Source: Chthonomonadaceae bacterium (GTDB lineage: Bacteria; Armatimonadota; Chthonomonadetes; Chthonomonadales; Chthonomonadaceae). Taken from it: a stretch of DNA of 64,000 nt. The stretch covers positions 1-64,000 of the forward strand of contig DASRGZ010000040.1 in assembly GCA_035650735.1 (NCBI GenBank). The letters are read 5' to 3'. The notes beneath the pieces were generated by a model, which was given only the letters and a program-made list of their open reading frames with translations, was not told the origin of the DNA and ran no database searches. Both the position numbers and the translations under genes were made by a program. Below are positions 37,932 to 46,747 of the stretch, in pieces (position 1 is the first letter of the stretch; every line of letters begins with the position of its first letter).

Positions 37932-38654
37932 ATGAGAGCATTTAGCCCTCTCTTGTTCCTTGTGACGCTTCTCGTCGCGCTGGCCGCGCCTCCTGCCCAC
38001 AGCCAGACCGATTGGGCCCACAGCGTCGCCCTGCCGAAAGGAGAGAAGCGCGTGCTGCTCTTCAACGGTCGCAACCTGTCCGGCTGGGAAGGCCAGATCG
38101 GGAAGTACTGGTCTGTGGAGAACGGGGCCATTCGGGCGGCAAATGAGACAGAAGTCCCCGCCAGCACCTACCTGTTCACCAAAAAGAAATACCGGAACTT
38201 CCGCCTGCTGTTGGAGGTGCGCCAGACGCGCGGCGAGAAATACTCGACGATGCATTCGGCGGTGGCTGTGCTGGGCGAGAAGCTTACCGACAAGGGCGAT
38301 CCGTTCAGCTTTAAAGGGCCGCTGCTGATGTTCTGTAACGACTGGGGCATCTGGGACGCGAACCGGCGCAATCGGATCTATCCGGTGGGCTACAACGGGG
38401 CGTGGCCTAACCCGGCGGAGAAGGTTGGAGATTGGAACCAGATCGAAGTGCTGGTCATCGGCAACCGGATCCGCATGGCCGCCAATGGCCGACAGGTGAT
38501 CGACTTCACGGACAGTCCTAGTATGCTGAAAGCATCGCCGATTGGATTGCAATTGCACGCCAACGACCGTCCGGAGGAGTATCGTTTTCGTGGGCTGGTG
38601 CTTGCCGAGCACCCGACGGATCGGCTCCTGACGCTCAAGGAAGAAGGCAAGTAA
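37932..38654 (+). CDS. DUF1080 (3-keto-disaccharide hydrolase) secreted protein; start could be 37782
   Basis: Signal peptide; LFNG.NL.GW, W.VENG.I, Y.NF.L.LE, WN..EV...G..I....NG, IGLQLH, FR. Confidence 0.85.
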   Translation: MRAFSPLLFLVTLLVALAAPPAHSQTDWAHSVALPKGEKRVLLFNGRNLSGWEGQIGKYWSVENGAIRAANETEVPASTYLFTKKKYRNFRLLLEVRQTRGEKYSTMHSAVAVLGEKLTDKGDPFSFKGPLLMFCNDWGIWDANRRNRIYPVGYNGAWPNPAEKVGDWNQIEVLVIGNRIRMAANGRQVIDFTDSPSMLKASPIGLQLHANDRPEEYRFRGLVLAEHPTDRLLTLKEEGK

Positions 38655-38895
38655 ATTATGGAACCACCCGCTGCGCTAGAGACACAGAGGAAAAACAAAG
38701 ACAAGAGAAAAGCACAAGAGCAGCCGGAAGATCGGCACTTCCACCCGCTCGACGACCTTGAGGAAAACAAAAACGGAGAAAAGCAAAAGAGCAGTACCAG
38801 CCAGTCCCACGCGGGGATGAAACGGTAAGGACAGGGAAGCGCCAGGGGCACATCAAAATAAAACAGTATTCCTGGGAGGAAGGAGGGTTGGGTGG

Positions 38896-39647
38896 ATGGA
38901 GCGGCACCAGCTACACGGAACTATATGCCCTGATTTTCCAAGACCCGACGCGCAACTGATTCGGCGATTCGCACGGGCCACCGGCCCCAACGCCCTCTCC
39001 TTCACGACGCCCCCGACGCGCAACTGATTCGGCGATTCGCACTGCACGATACCGCCAAAGTAGCCGATGCGATGGCAGGCTACGGCGTAGCCCACCACGA
39101 AATTAAGCCTTTGCGGCCCGAGATGCGGGTCTGCGGCCCGGCGCTCACGGTGCTCACGCGGCCCGGCGATGCCTTATGGGTGCAGGTGGCTATTGAATAT
39201 ATTCGACCGGGCGATGTGGTGGTGATTGACGCGGCAGGTTATCCCGACGTCGCCGTCATTGGGGAACGCCTGACCCACTTTATGAAACTTGCGGGGGGTG
39301 CGGGCCTGGTCGTGGATGGCGCCGTGCGTGATGCGATGGATATCGTGGCCGAAGGCGTGCCCACCTTTTGCCGCAGCGCCTGCATCCGCATTTTTGGCTC
39401 GACCGGCCCGGGAGCCATCGGCGTGCCGGTGACCTGCGGCGGGGTCACCGTCCACCCAGGAGATATTATCCTGGGCGATGCGGATGGAATCGTGGTTATT
39501 CCACAGGAAGATGCCGCCCGCGTGGCCGATCTGGCGGCGGAGCACCTCGCAGGAGAACTGGAGCGTATGCGGCAGGTTGAGTCAGGCAAGAGCGTCAGGG
39601 AAGTCTTTCACCTCGACGCCAAGCTCAAAGTATGGCAGGGAAAATGA
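38896..39647 (+). pseudogene. RraA/HMG-aldolase-family gene frameshifted by a 68-nt insertion (may be translated from ATG 39072)
   Basis: The N-terminus MERHQ...PDFPRPDAQLIRRFA joins DTAKVADAM...GPALTV...DGAVRD...PGD.ILGDADG only if 68 nt are removed. Confidence 0.75.
38944..39042. repeat. 31-bp perfect direct repeat flanking a 37-bp unique insert
   Basis: CCCGACGCGCAACTGATTCGGCGATTCGCAC at 38944-38974 and 39012-39042. Confidence 0.9.
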
Positions 39648-39650
39648 ACG

Positions 39651-40832
39651 ATGGCCACCCCGCTTACGGAGATGAAGCGTCTGATCGTGCAGGCTGTAGA
39701 CCGGCACGCGGTTCTCTGGAAGGAGCTGGCTCTCAAGATCCATGCGCATCCGGAGATAGGGCTTGCAGAAGAAAAGGCCAGCCAGTGGCTCTGCGAGGCG
39801 TTGGCGAAGGCAGGGTTTGCCGTGGAGCGCGGTGTGGCCGATCTGCCCACAGCGTTTGTCGCTTCCCATGGAGAAATAGAGGCCAGACCTGCCGTTGCCT
39901 TTCTGGCCGAGTACGATGCCTTGCCGGAGCTAGGCCATGCCTGCAGCCATAACCTGATTTGCACGGCGGCCTGCCTGGCGGCAACGGCGCTCGCCGAGAC
40001 TATCGGCCCCGAGCAGGCGCGTGTCTGCGTGATTGGCTGCCCGGCGGAAGAGAGCTATGGAGGCAAGGCCCAACTGGTGGCTCACGGGATCTTTAAGGGG
40101 ATAGATATTGCCTTAATGGCGCACGGTTACCGCATGCATCTTCCGGCCAGACCGGCCAGTGGCAGAAAATCCCTCATCTTCGAGTTTTACGGCAAAAGCG
40201 CGCACGCGGCAGCGGCTCCCCACAAGGGAATTAATGCGCTGGATGCGATGATCCAGACCTTTGTCGGCATCAGCCTGCTGCGTCAGCAATTGCGAGGCGA
40301 TGACCGAGTCCACGGCATTATTACGCACGGCGGCAAGGCGCCCAACATCATCCCCGACTATACGCGGGCCGAATTTATGGTGCGCGCTATGGACATCGGC
40401 AGGTTGAACGAGCTGGAACAGCGCGTGCTGGCGTGCGCGCGTGGGGCTGCTGAGGCCACAGGCGCGCAGCTTAAAGTGTCCTCAGGCGGATTAGATATGC
40501 TGCCCATCCGGCACAATCGCACCCTGGAAGGGCTCTATGCTGACAACCTGCGTTTCCTGGGCGAGGAATTAGGAACCGTCCCTGCGGATCAGGGGGCCGG
40601 GAGCACCGATTTTGGCAATGTGTCTCAGGTGGTCCCCGCAGCGCATGGCTATTTCCAGATTACCACCACCGCCCAGGCGCACACCCCGGAATTTGCGGAG
40701 GTCGCCAGGAGCGAGGCGGGGCTTGCGGGCATGGTCACCGCAGCCAAAGCGCTGGCGCTCACGGCGCTGGATAGTATTGAAGATCCCGCGCTGTTAGAAA
40801 AGGCGCGCAGCGAATTTCAGGCTGTAGGCTAG
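39651..40832 (+). CDS. M20 family amidohydrolase (ACY1L2/AbgB-like)
   Basis: IH..PE, EYDALP..GHAC.HN, PAEE..GGK, G.SAHAA..P..G.NALD, GSTD.GNVS. Confidence 0.9.
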   Translation: MATPLTEMKRLIVQAVDRHAVLWKELALKIHAHPEIGLAEEKASQWLCEALAKAGFAVERGVADLPTAFVASHGEIEARPAVAFLAEYDALPELGHACSHNLICTAACLAATALAETIGPEQARVCVIGCPAEESYGGKAQLVAHGIFKGIDIALMAHGYRMHLPARPASGRKSLIFEFYGKSAHAAAAPHKGINALDAMIQTFVGISLLRQQLRGDDRVHGIITHGGKAPNIIPDYTRAEFMVRAMDIGRLNELEQRVLACARGAAEATGAQLKVSSGGLDMLPIRHNRTLEGLYADNLRFLGEELGTVPADQGAGSTDFGNVSQVVPAAHGYFQITTTAQAHTPEFAEVARSEAGLAGMVTAAKALALTALDSIEDPALLEKARSEFQAVG

Positions 40833-40856
40833 GAGCGGGCATAGCATGCAGCCGGT

Positions 40857-41048
40857 TCAGTCCAGCGCGTTACGGTGCAAGGCAGCCAGTTCCGAAAGAT
40901 ACTGGGGAAAACGAAGCTGGGCAGTGTCGAGGTCGGGATAGCGGCGCGTGAAGGTTTTGCCGTCGAACTCAACGTGGATGACGATGGGGCCTTCTCCCTC
41001 GTCTTCGGGCTTGTCGTCTTCCCATCCGAACAGGCGTTTGAGGCGCAT
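40857..41048 (-). CDS. Small hypothetical protein (63 aa)
   Basis: GAGGAG RBS with good spacing; lies downstream of the kinase on the same strand. Confidence 0.5.
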   Translation of the reverse strand: MRLKRLFGWEDDKPEDEGEGPIVIHVEFDGKTFTRRYPDLDTAQLRFPQYLSELAALHRNALD

Positions 41049-41093
41049 AGGTCTCCTCGTTGCGTGTCAGGCCAGTTTACACTGTCTCCCCTC

Positions 41094-42629
41094 CTAATGC
41101 GTTGTGATTGGGAAGATGACGGTGATCTGGGCGCCTCCCTCCGAGCGGTTGGCATAGGCGATCTGGCCGCGCAGATCCCACTGGACGATATTCTCCACCA
41201 GCTCCAGTCCCGTTTTCGCGGCGGTGCTGGCATCAAAGCCTGCGGGGAAGCCGGGTCCGTCATCATAGACTGCTAAGGTGGCCTTGTTCGCGTTGTTGGT
41301 CTTAAAGTAGATTTCGATTTGTCCCTTGCCATGTTTGAGGGCATTCGAGACGAGTTCGTTGGTCACCAGGGTGAGCGTGGTAATCTGCCTTCCGGCAAGC
41401 CGCGCATCGTCAATCGCAGACACCAGCGTGCGGCCTCCGGCTGCCTGTTCTAGTACCTGAAGGAGACGCTCCAATACCGATTTGATCGAGAGGGTTTCCT
41501 GGCCGCTGCCCGCTTTGGCTTCTTGGGTGAGAATATCGTGGATGACGGAAAGCGCACGCACGTTGGCGCTCAGGCGTCTAAATTCCGAAATCGGAACCAT
41601 TTCCTCGCTGGTGTTGCCTTGCAGATCGATCAACGCCGAAATCAGTTGTAGGTTGTTCTTGACACGGTGATGCGTCTCGGTCATGGCCCGCTGCAAGCGG
41701 TTATTGAGCGTTTCGATCTCGGCAAGATGTTTCTCGCGTTCCTCCTCCGCCCGCTTGCGCTCGGTGATGTCCACGCAGACGCCCACGGCGTACCAGCGGT
41801 TGGGGCCGATTGGCTCGATCTGGACGTCTTCGGCCAGCCACCGGATGTTCCCGTCCACGTCGCGGACTCGAAACTCCTGGTGGTAGCTGCGTCCGGCGCG
41901 CACCTGCGCGTCGCCCCATGCCATCCGGGCCCGATCTTCGGGCAGGCGGGCCTCGGAGAGCGCTCGCCCATACGAGTGACCGAAGGGTATCTTGATAGGA
42001 AGGAAGCGTCGGGCCGCTTCCTCGTCGGCCACCTGCAGCGTCCAGTGAAGGGCGCGTTCCCCGTGGTCCTCCACCTCCGCGTACCAGAGGAGGCAGCGCG
42101 CTCGGGCAGCGATGGCGCGCAGCCCCTCCGCGGTGCGGCGGCGCTGTTGCTCGGACTCGGCAATCGCCGTCCGCGCCAGCACCTGGGCGGAGATGTCCCG
42201 GAAGTAGCAGACTACCCCATCGCGCCCCTCGGGAAGCGGGACACGGTGGATCTTCCACTCGTAATACTCGGTGACCCTGCGGTCACGCCGCTCCTCGATA
42301 TGCTCCAACGCAATGTAGGGCTCTCCGGTTTCTAGCGTGTGGCGGAATAATCGGACGATCTCGTCGGCGTAGGCTTGCTCCCAGAGGATATGGATCACCT
42401 CATCGAAGTCCCGACCGATCAGGTCCGGAATATCTCCGAAGGCCGAGCGCGCGGTAGGATTGACCGCGCGAATGCGGAAGTCGGCATCCATCAGATAGAT
42501 GCCAAGTGGCGCTTCGTCAAAGAGGATTTGCGCCCAGTCGAGCGCGCGCAACTCGCCGCCTCCGATACGACAGTTATCCGTCTTATCGGCCATGTGTTCA
42601 GCCGTGCGCTTCTTCATTGTGCGCTTCAT
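41094..42629 (-). CDS. PAS-domain sensor histidine kinase (HisKA_2 type)
   Basis: PAS/PAC (DITERKRAE), E.HHRVKNNLQ.I, NELVSNALKH, D.GPG. Confidence 0.88.
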   Translation of the reverse strand: MKRTMKKRTAEHMADKTDNCRIGGGELRALDWAQILFDEAPLGIYLMDADFRIRAVNPTARSAFGDIPDLIGRDFDEVIHILWEQAYADEIVRLFRHTLETGEPYIALEHIEERRDRRVTEYYEWKIHRVPLPEGRDGVVCYFRDISAQVLARTAIAESEQQRRRTAEGLRAIAARARCLLWYAEVEDHGERALHWTLQVADEEAARRFLPIKIPFGHSYGRALSEARLPEDRARMAWGDAQVRAGRSYHQEFRVRDVDGNIRWLAEDVQIEPIGPNRWYAVGVCVDITERKRAEEEREKHLAEIETLNNRLQRAMTETHHRVKNNLQLISALIDLQGNTSEEMVPISEFRRLSANVRALSVIHDILTQEAKAGSGQETLSIKSVLERLLQVLEQAAGGRTLVSAIDDARLAGRQITTLTLVTNELVSNALKHGKGQIEIYFKTNNANKATLAVYDDGPGFPAGFDASTAAKTGLELVENIVQWDLRGQIAYANRSEGGAQITVIFPITTH

Positions 42630-42782
42630 AGCATCAGAAACCCGCCGAGGAAAAGTGGACGAGGCTGGCGCGCAAACTTTAGAGCTCCTATGAACCGCCG
42701 TTCATCCGGTCGCATGAAAATGCCTCTCCCCTCTCCTCAAATTGGGGGAGGGGCCGGGGGTGGGGGCCTATTTTCACTAGCA

Positions 42783-44258
42783 TTACAGGATGGCGCGCAC
42801 GAATTTTTGGGACTCTTTATCGTACGTATGGAACGGGTTCTTGAGGTCTAGCTGGCGATTGCGCTCGATGTAGACGGCGTCCCAATCGATCACGTAGCGC
42901 GTGCCCGGCCTGGCGATCAGTTGGGAAACGATCTGGCCGCGTCCCCAGGCGCGCGTGTTCTCCGGCGGGGTCGTGATCGCCTCCTCAACCTTCTCATCCG
43001 TGACCAGACGGCGCATGGCTCCGGCCTGCTCCAACCCGGAATGCAGCCCGACTTCCGGGTTGACATTGTGGTATTCCAGGTCCAGGCTCTGCAAAATGTC
43101 GTCCTGCCAGGAGACGCCGTTCTCGTCAATATACTGCTGGTAGAGAACGCGCTTGGCCGCCCAGTCCAGGCGGTCGGCGGTGGAGAGCGGGTCGCGCTCC
43201 AGGTCGTCGAGGATGCTCTCCCACTCCGTCAGCACCATGTCCGTCTGCGCGTCACGGCGGTGCAGATAGCGTTTGGCGGCGTCCAGGTAGCGGCGCTGTA
43301 GTTCCACCGCGGGAATAACCTTGCCGTTGCGCATCCGCACCGGCCATTTTAAGGTCGGGTCGCGGGAAACCGAGCGCAGCGTCTCCAGCGGGTCGGCCAG
43401 CTCCACATCCGGGGGAACGACGCCCTCCTCGATCAGGTCCAGCACCAGGCTCGTCGTGCCGACCTTGAGCATACAGGCGTACTCGCTCATGTTGCTCTCA
43501 CCAAAGAGGATATGCAGGCGGTGGAGGTTACTGTAGGAGTAGTAGGAGTCCCACTTCGGGTTGATGATGGCCCGGTTGAAGCGCACGCGCGAGGAGATGG
43601 TCTTGACGATGTGATCGGCGCGCTGGGAGAGCTGAAAGTCTACCGTTGGATCGATCTCGACGCCGTAGAAGTTGGACACCCAGACATAGTCCACCTCGTG
43701 CTCGCCCAGCGTCATGATATTGTTCTTGCTGCTGGGCCGGGTCAGGCGGTGGCCGCCTACGCGCCCGATGCCGACGAATATCTGGCGAGTGACCAGGAAG
43801 GGCAGCAGGTAGGAGAGCGCGTCGGTGAAGAAGCGGTCCTCGATCTGGACGAGATAATTTTCATGGCAGCCGAAGGTGTGCCCGCCGAAGTGATCAATGC
43901 TGTTATTATGGAAGCTGACGGCATCATCCAGTTGCAGCTCGGACAGGAGGTAGGCCAGCAGGGCCCGGCCCGCCTTATCATGGCGCACCAGGTCCAGCAG
44001 GTCGCAGCACTCGGCGGTGGCGTACTCCTCGTGGCTGCCGACGGCATCAATATAGAGCCGCCCGCCGTTGCGCAGGAAGCCGCCGGCGCGGGCTGGCTCG
44101 AAGGCGTAATCGCGGGCGTGCAGGTCAATCACGCCCAGCTTCTTATCGTAAAAGGCATAATCCTTGACCTGCTCGACAATCTCCTCCGGCGTCCCGACTG
44201 CGGGATCACGCACCATGCAGCCAAACTCTGTCTCGATGCCAAAGATGCGTCTGTCCAT
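42783..44258 (-). CDS. pafA: Pup/UBact-protein ligase PafA
   Basis: RIFGIETEFG, FL.NGGRLY.D..GSH.EYAT.EC, FGCHENY, SQRAD, RLH...GE.NMSE. Confidence 0.9.
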   Translation of the reverse strand: MDRRIFGIETEFGCMVRDPAVGTPEEIVEQVKDYAFYDKKLGVIDLHARDYAFEPARAGGFLRNGGRLYIDAVGSHEEYATAECCDLLDLVRHDKAGRALLAYLLSELQLDDAVSFHNNSIDHFGGHTFGCHENYLVQIEDRFFTDALSYLLPFLVTRQIFVGIGRVGGHRLTRPSSKNNIMTLGEHEVDYVWVSNFYGVEIDPTVDFQLSQRADHIVKTISSRVRFNRAIINPKWDSYYSYSNLHRLHILFGESNMSEYACMLKVGTTSLVLDLIEEGVVPPDVELADPLETLRSVSRDPTLKWPVRMRNGKVIPAVELQRRYLDAAKRYLHRRDAQTDMVLTEWESILDDLERDPLSTADRLDWAAKRVLYQQYIDENGVSWQDDILQSLDLEYHNVNPEVGLHSGLEQAGAMRRLVTDEKVEEAITTPPENTRAWGRGQIVSQLIARPGTRYVIDWDAVYIERNRQLDLKNPFHTYDKESQKFVRAIL

Positions 44259-44287
44259 ACTTGCTATGCCTTTGTTTCCTGGTCGGA

Positions 44288-44458
44288 CCTAATCCCCAGC
44301 CCCTCATGTAGGGTGTAGGGTGTAGGGTGTAGGGTGTAGGGGCGCCCTCACCCCCTACCCCCTCTCCCGGCGCTGCGGCAGAGGGGGAACGGAGAAGCCG
44401 GGTCCCCCCTTCCCTGCCGCGTTAGCGGCGGATTAGGGAAGGGGGACGGGAGGTTAGG
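44288..44458. repeat. Family C repeat with a five-unit (GTGTAGG)n heptamer tract
   Basis: CCCTCACCCC ends, CCCTCTCC..GAGGGG hairpins; heptamer tract 44306-44340. Confidence 0.75.
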
Positions 44459-44465
44459 TAACATT

Positions 44466-45260
44466 CTAGCGGTAGTCGCGGATGAGCGGCTCCAGGTCGG
44501 CGGGCGAGAGCAGCCGGAAGCGGCTCTCCCGGTTAGCGCGCCGCTCCAGCAAGCCGACCTCCACCGTGCCCGTCTTGAGCTCGTCGCGCAGGAACACGGC
44601 ATCGGCCTCCGCCTCGTCAATATCGCGGAAGGGATTTAATTCCTCTTCCTCCTCCCGCTGGCCGCTGATCTGGCGCCGCAGGGCCTCACGCGCGCCCACC
44701 GACCACGCTGATAGCGCCTTCTGAATGGCTTCCTGGCGTGTCCAGGTCGGACTCGGCTCGCCAATGCGCTCCAGCATCCGGTCCTCCGCGGCCTGCGTCC
44801 CGGCGATCGCCGCCGCGCCGCTATACTCGCGGAACTCGCCATCGTAGTTGAGCGTGAAGAACGTATCCATGCCCGGCGTGCGGCCCAGTTCCGCAAACAG
44901 CGCCCGAATGACGAACGGCACGGTAAATTGATCCCCAAACGCCTTCTTGAGCGCCGGACTGATGGCGAAGCCTACCAATCGGTGCACGGAGACGTCATCC
45001 GGGCTGCGCTCGAACCCCTCCTGGTGGGCGATCTGGATGGAACTCAGCCGCACGGTCTCGATATCCGACTGGTTGCCGATGGCTGAGAACATCTGGCGGT
45101 CGTATATCTCGTAGACCTTGCGCTGGCTGCGGCGCACCGTCAGGAGCAGCAGGCCGCTGTCATAGGTCAGCCCGACGACGGGGCTGCCCTCGCGCAGGTG
45201 CTCTTCGATATACTCCTTACGCTGCGCGATAGCCTCATTAAAATCAAAGGGTGTGTACAT
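44466..45260 (-). CDS. prcA: 20S proteasome alpha subunit
   Basis: KVYEIYDR..FSAIG...D.E..R; position between prcB and pafA. Confidence 0.85.
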   Translation of the reverse strand: MYTPFDFNEAIAQRKEYIEEHLREGSPVVGLTYDSGLLLLTVRRSQRKVYEIYDRQMFSAIGNQSDIETVRLSSIQIAHQEGFERSPDDVSVHRLVGFAISPALKKAFGDQFTVPFVIRALFAELGRTPGMDTFFTLNYDGEFREYSGAAAIAGTQAAEDRMLERIGEPSPTWTRQEAIQKALSAWSVGAREALRRQISGQREEEEELNPFRDIDEAEADAVFLRDELKTGTVEVGLLERRANRESRFRLLSPADLEPLIRDYR

Positions 45261-45275
45261 GCAGTGTGCTCACTT

Positions 45276-46109
45276 CTAGCGCGGACGCGGCGCGATGCGC
45301 TCTCCGGCCGATCGATCTATCTCGGCGACCATTGCGTGCAGTTCCTCTTCCGGCACGTCCTCGATGCCCTCTGCCGTGATCGTCTTGGCAAGCGGCAGGA
45401 CTTTAGCCCAGCCACCTGTTGCTGCGTCGAGGTCGGCGGCGATGTCGAGCAGATAGAGGGCTTCCTTGAGCGCCTCCTCGCGGGTCATCTCATGGAACGG
45501 CTTCTTGGTCTTGACGATGTAATCGAAGACGCCGCGTATCTGCAAAGAGCCGCTGCCCGCTGCGCCGAACTCGGTGCTCTCGAACCGGGCGCCCATGCCG
45601 TCGTAGAAGAAGATGCGCCCCTCGTTGCTCTCGCGGTCGAAGGTCGTCATAATGGGAATAAACCCGCCGATGCCCTGCAGCGCCTCCGGGATGCCCGCGC
45701 GGACGACTTTCGCCAGTTCCGCCAGCTTCCCATCCAGGCTCATCGGCTGCAAGTAAGTGCGCTCGAAAAACTTGAAGGTCGTCCGCAGGTAGCGCACCAC
45801 CTCCATCGCCCGCGCAAACGAGCCGGAGATCGCCAGCAGCGTATAGTCATCAATCGGCAGGACCTTCTCCGCCTTGTCGTACATTACGGCGAAGTTGGCG
45901 GTCGCGCGCCGGTCGCCCACGTTGAGGACGCCCTGATTGAATTTGACGGCGATGACCGTCGTGCCATGTGTATCCACCACGCCCGCCCCCGCGCCGACGC
46001 CCGGCCCGATATGACTATCGTTCGGGCGTGCAGGCGAGGCGGCGACAGGATGTGTGATCGGATGCCCGCTCTTTTCGAGCAGGCTCCAGAAATCGCCCGC
46101 TAATTCCAT
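45276..46109 (-). CDS. prcB: 20S proteasome beta subunit with propeptide
   Basis: THG|TTVIA Ntn cleavage site, GDRRAT, GSGS, D.D..TGG. Confidence 0.92.
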   Translation of the reverse strand: MELAGDFWSLLEKSGHPITHPVAASPARPNDSHIGPGVGAGAGVVDTHGTTVIAVKFNQGVLNVGDRRATANFAVMYDKAEKVLPIDDYTLLAISGSFARAMEVVRYLRTTFKFFERTYLQPMSLDGKLAELAKVVRAGIPEALQGIGGFIPIMTTFDRESNEGRIFFYDGMGARFESTEFGAAGSGSLQIRGVFDYIVKTKKPFHEMTREEALKEALYLLDIAADLDAATGGWAKVLPLAKTITAEGIEDVPEEELHAMVAEIDRSAGERIAPRPR

Positions 46110-46115
46110 GAGTTA

Positions 46116-46427
46116 CCTAACCCCCCGGCCCCCTTCCCTGAGAGGGAAGGGGGTGACCCGGCCTTGACAGTTGTATGTGTTGGTTGCAGTCCACTCCCAA
46201 TCCGTAGAATGGGAGGAACAAGCATAGATACCGGCTCGCCTGTTTCCCTAACCCCCATTGCGATGGGAACGCCTCTCCCAGCAGAAACGCACGACTTACC
46301 GTCACCCCCTTCCCTCCCAGGGTCGCCAGGCGGAGGGCTGTGGCAAGGCGGAGGCAGGGGCCCTAACCCTGCCGACCCTGGCAGTCCATTGCAGCCCCGA
46401 CCCTGGCAGTGGGGGCCGGGGGGTTAG
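46116..46427. repeat. Family C inverted-repeat element containing a double-nested micro-element (46322-46410)
   Basis: CCTAACCCCCCGGCCCC ... GGGGCCGGGGGGTTAGG inverted ends. Confidence 0.8.
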
Positions 46428-46439
46428 GTGCAACAGCGC

Positions 46440-46634
46440 TTACTGACCGCTGCGCTGGCGATAGCGGCGAGCGGCATCCGGATCCACGCGCTTCATGCGC
46501 TTGAGCAAGTCGCTGGTATCGGGACGCTTCACATCCGGCTTGTTCGGGCCGCCATCATCGCCGCCTTTGCGCAGCGGATCGGTCGGCAAGGTCGGCATCT
46601 GGCGTCGCTCTTCGCCACGGAATATCCTCGTCAT
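46440..46634 (-). CDS. ubact: Ubiquitin-like protein UBact (Pup analogue)
   Basis: 64 aa; LLKRMKRVDP..A.RYRQRSGQ C-terminus; between dop and prcB; AAGGAG RBS. Confidence 0.9.
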   Translation of the reverse strand: MTRIFRGEERRQMPTLPTDPLRKGGDDGGPNKPDVKRPDTSDLLKRMKRVDPDAARRYRQRSGQ

Positions 46635-46747
46635 GGGTGGTTATCTCCTTGTCTTAGCGCTCAGTCGCGCGGATGCAAGTGCAGTGCTCTACGAAATCAG
46701 CTTGGATCATCTATACGCAAGATTGCCATCCGTTCGTGCTATATCGG

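Noticed and set aside
37687..39042. Annotating the repeat pairs as true CRISPR arrays
   Set aside because: Each has only two repeats, the repeats differ between units and no cas genes are present; kept as repeats and findings.
40829..41276. Alternative ORFs 40829-41266 (-) and 40875-41276 (+)
   Set aside because: They overlap the kinase 3' end and the RBS-supported 63-aa ORF; no motifs.
46440..46634. Classical Pup or a novel modifier
   Set aside because: It lacks GG[EQ]; RSGQ and the gene context match the described UBact family.
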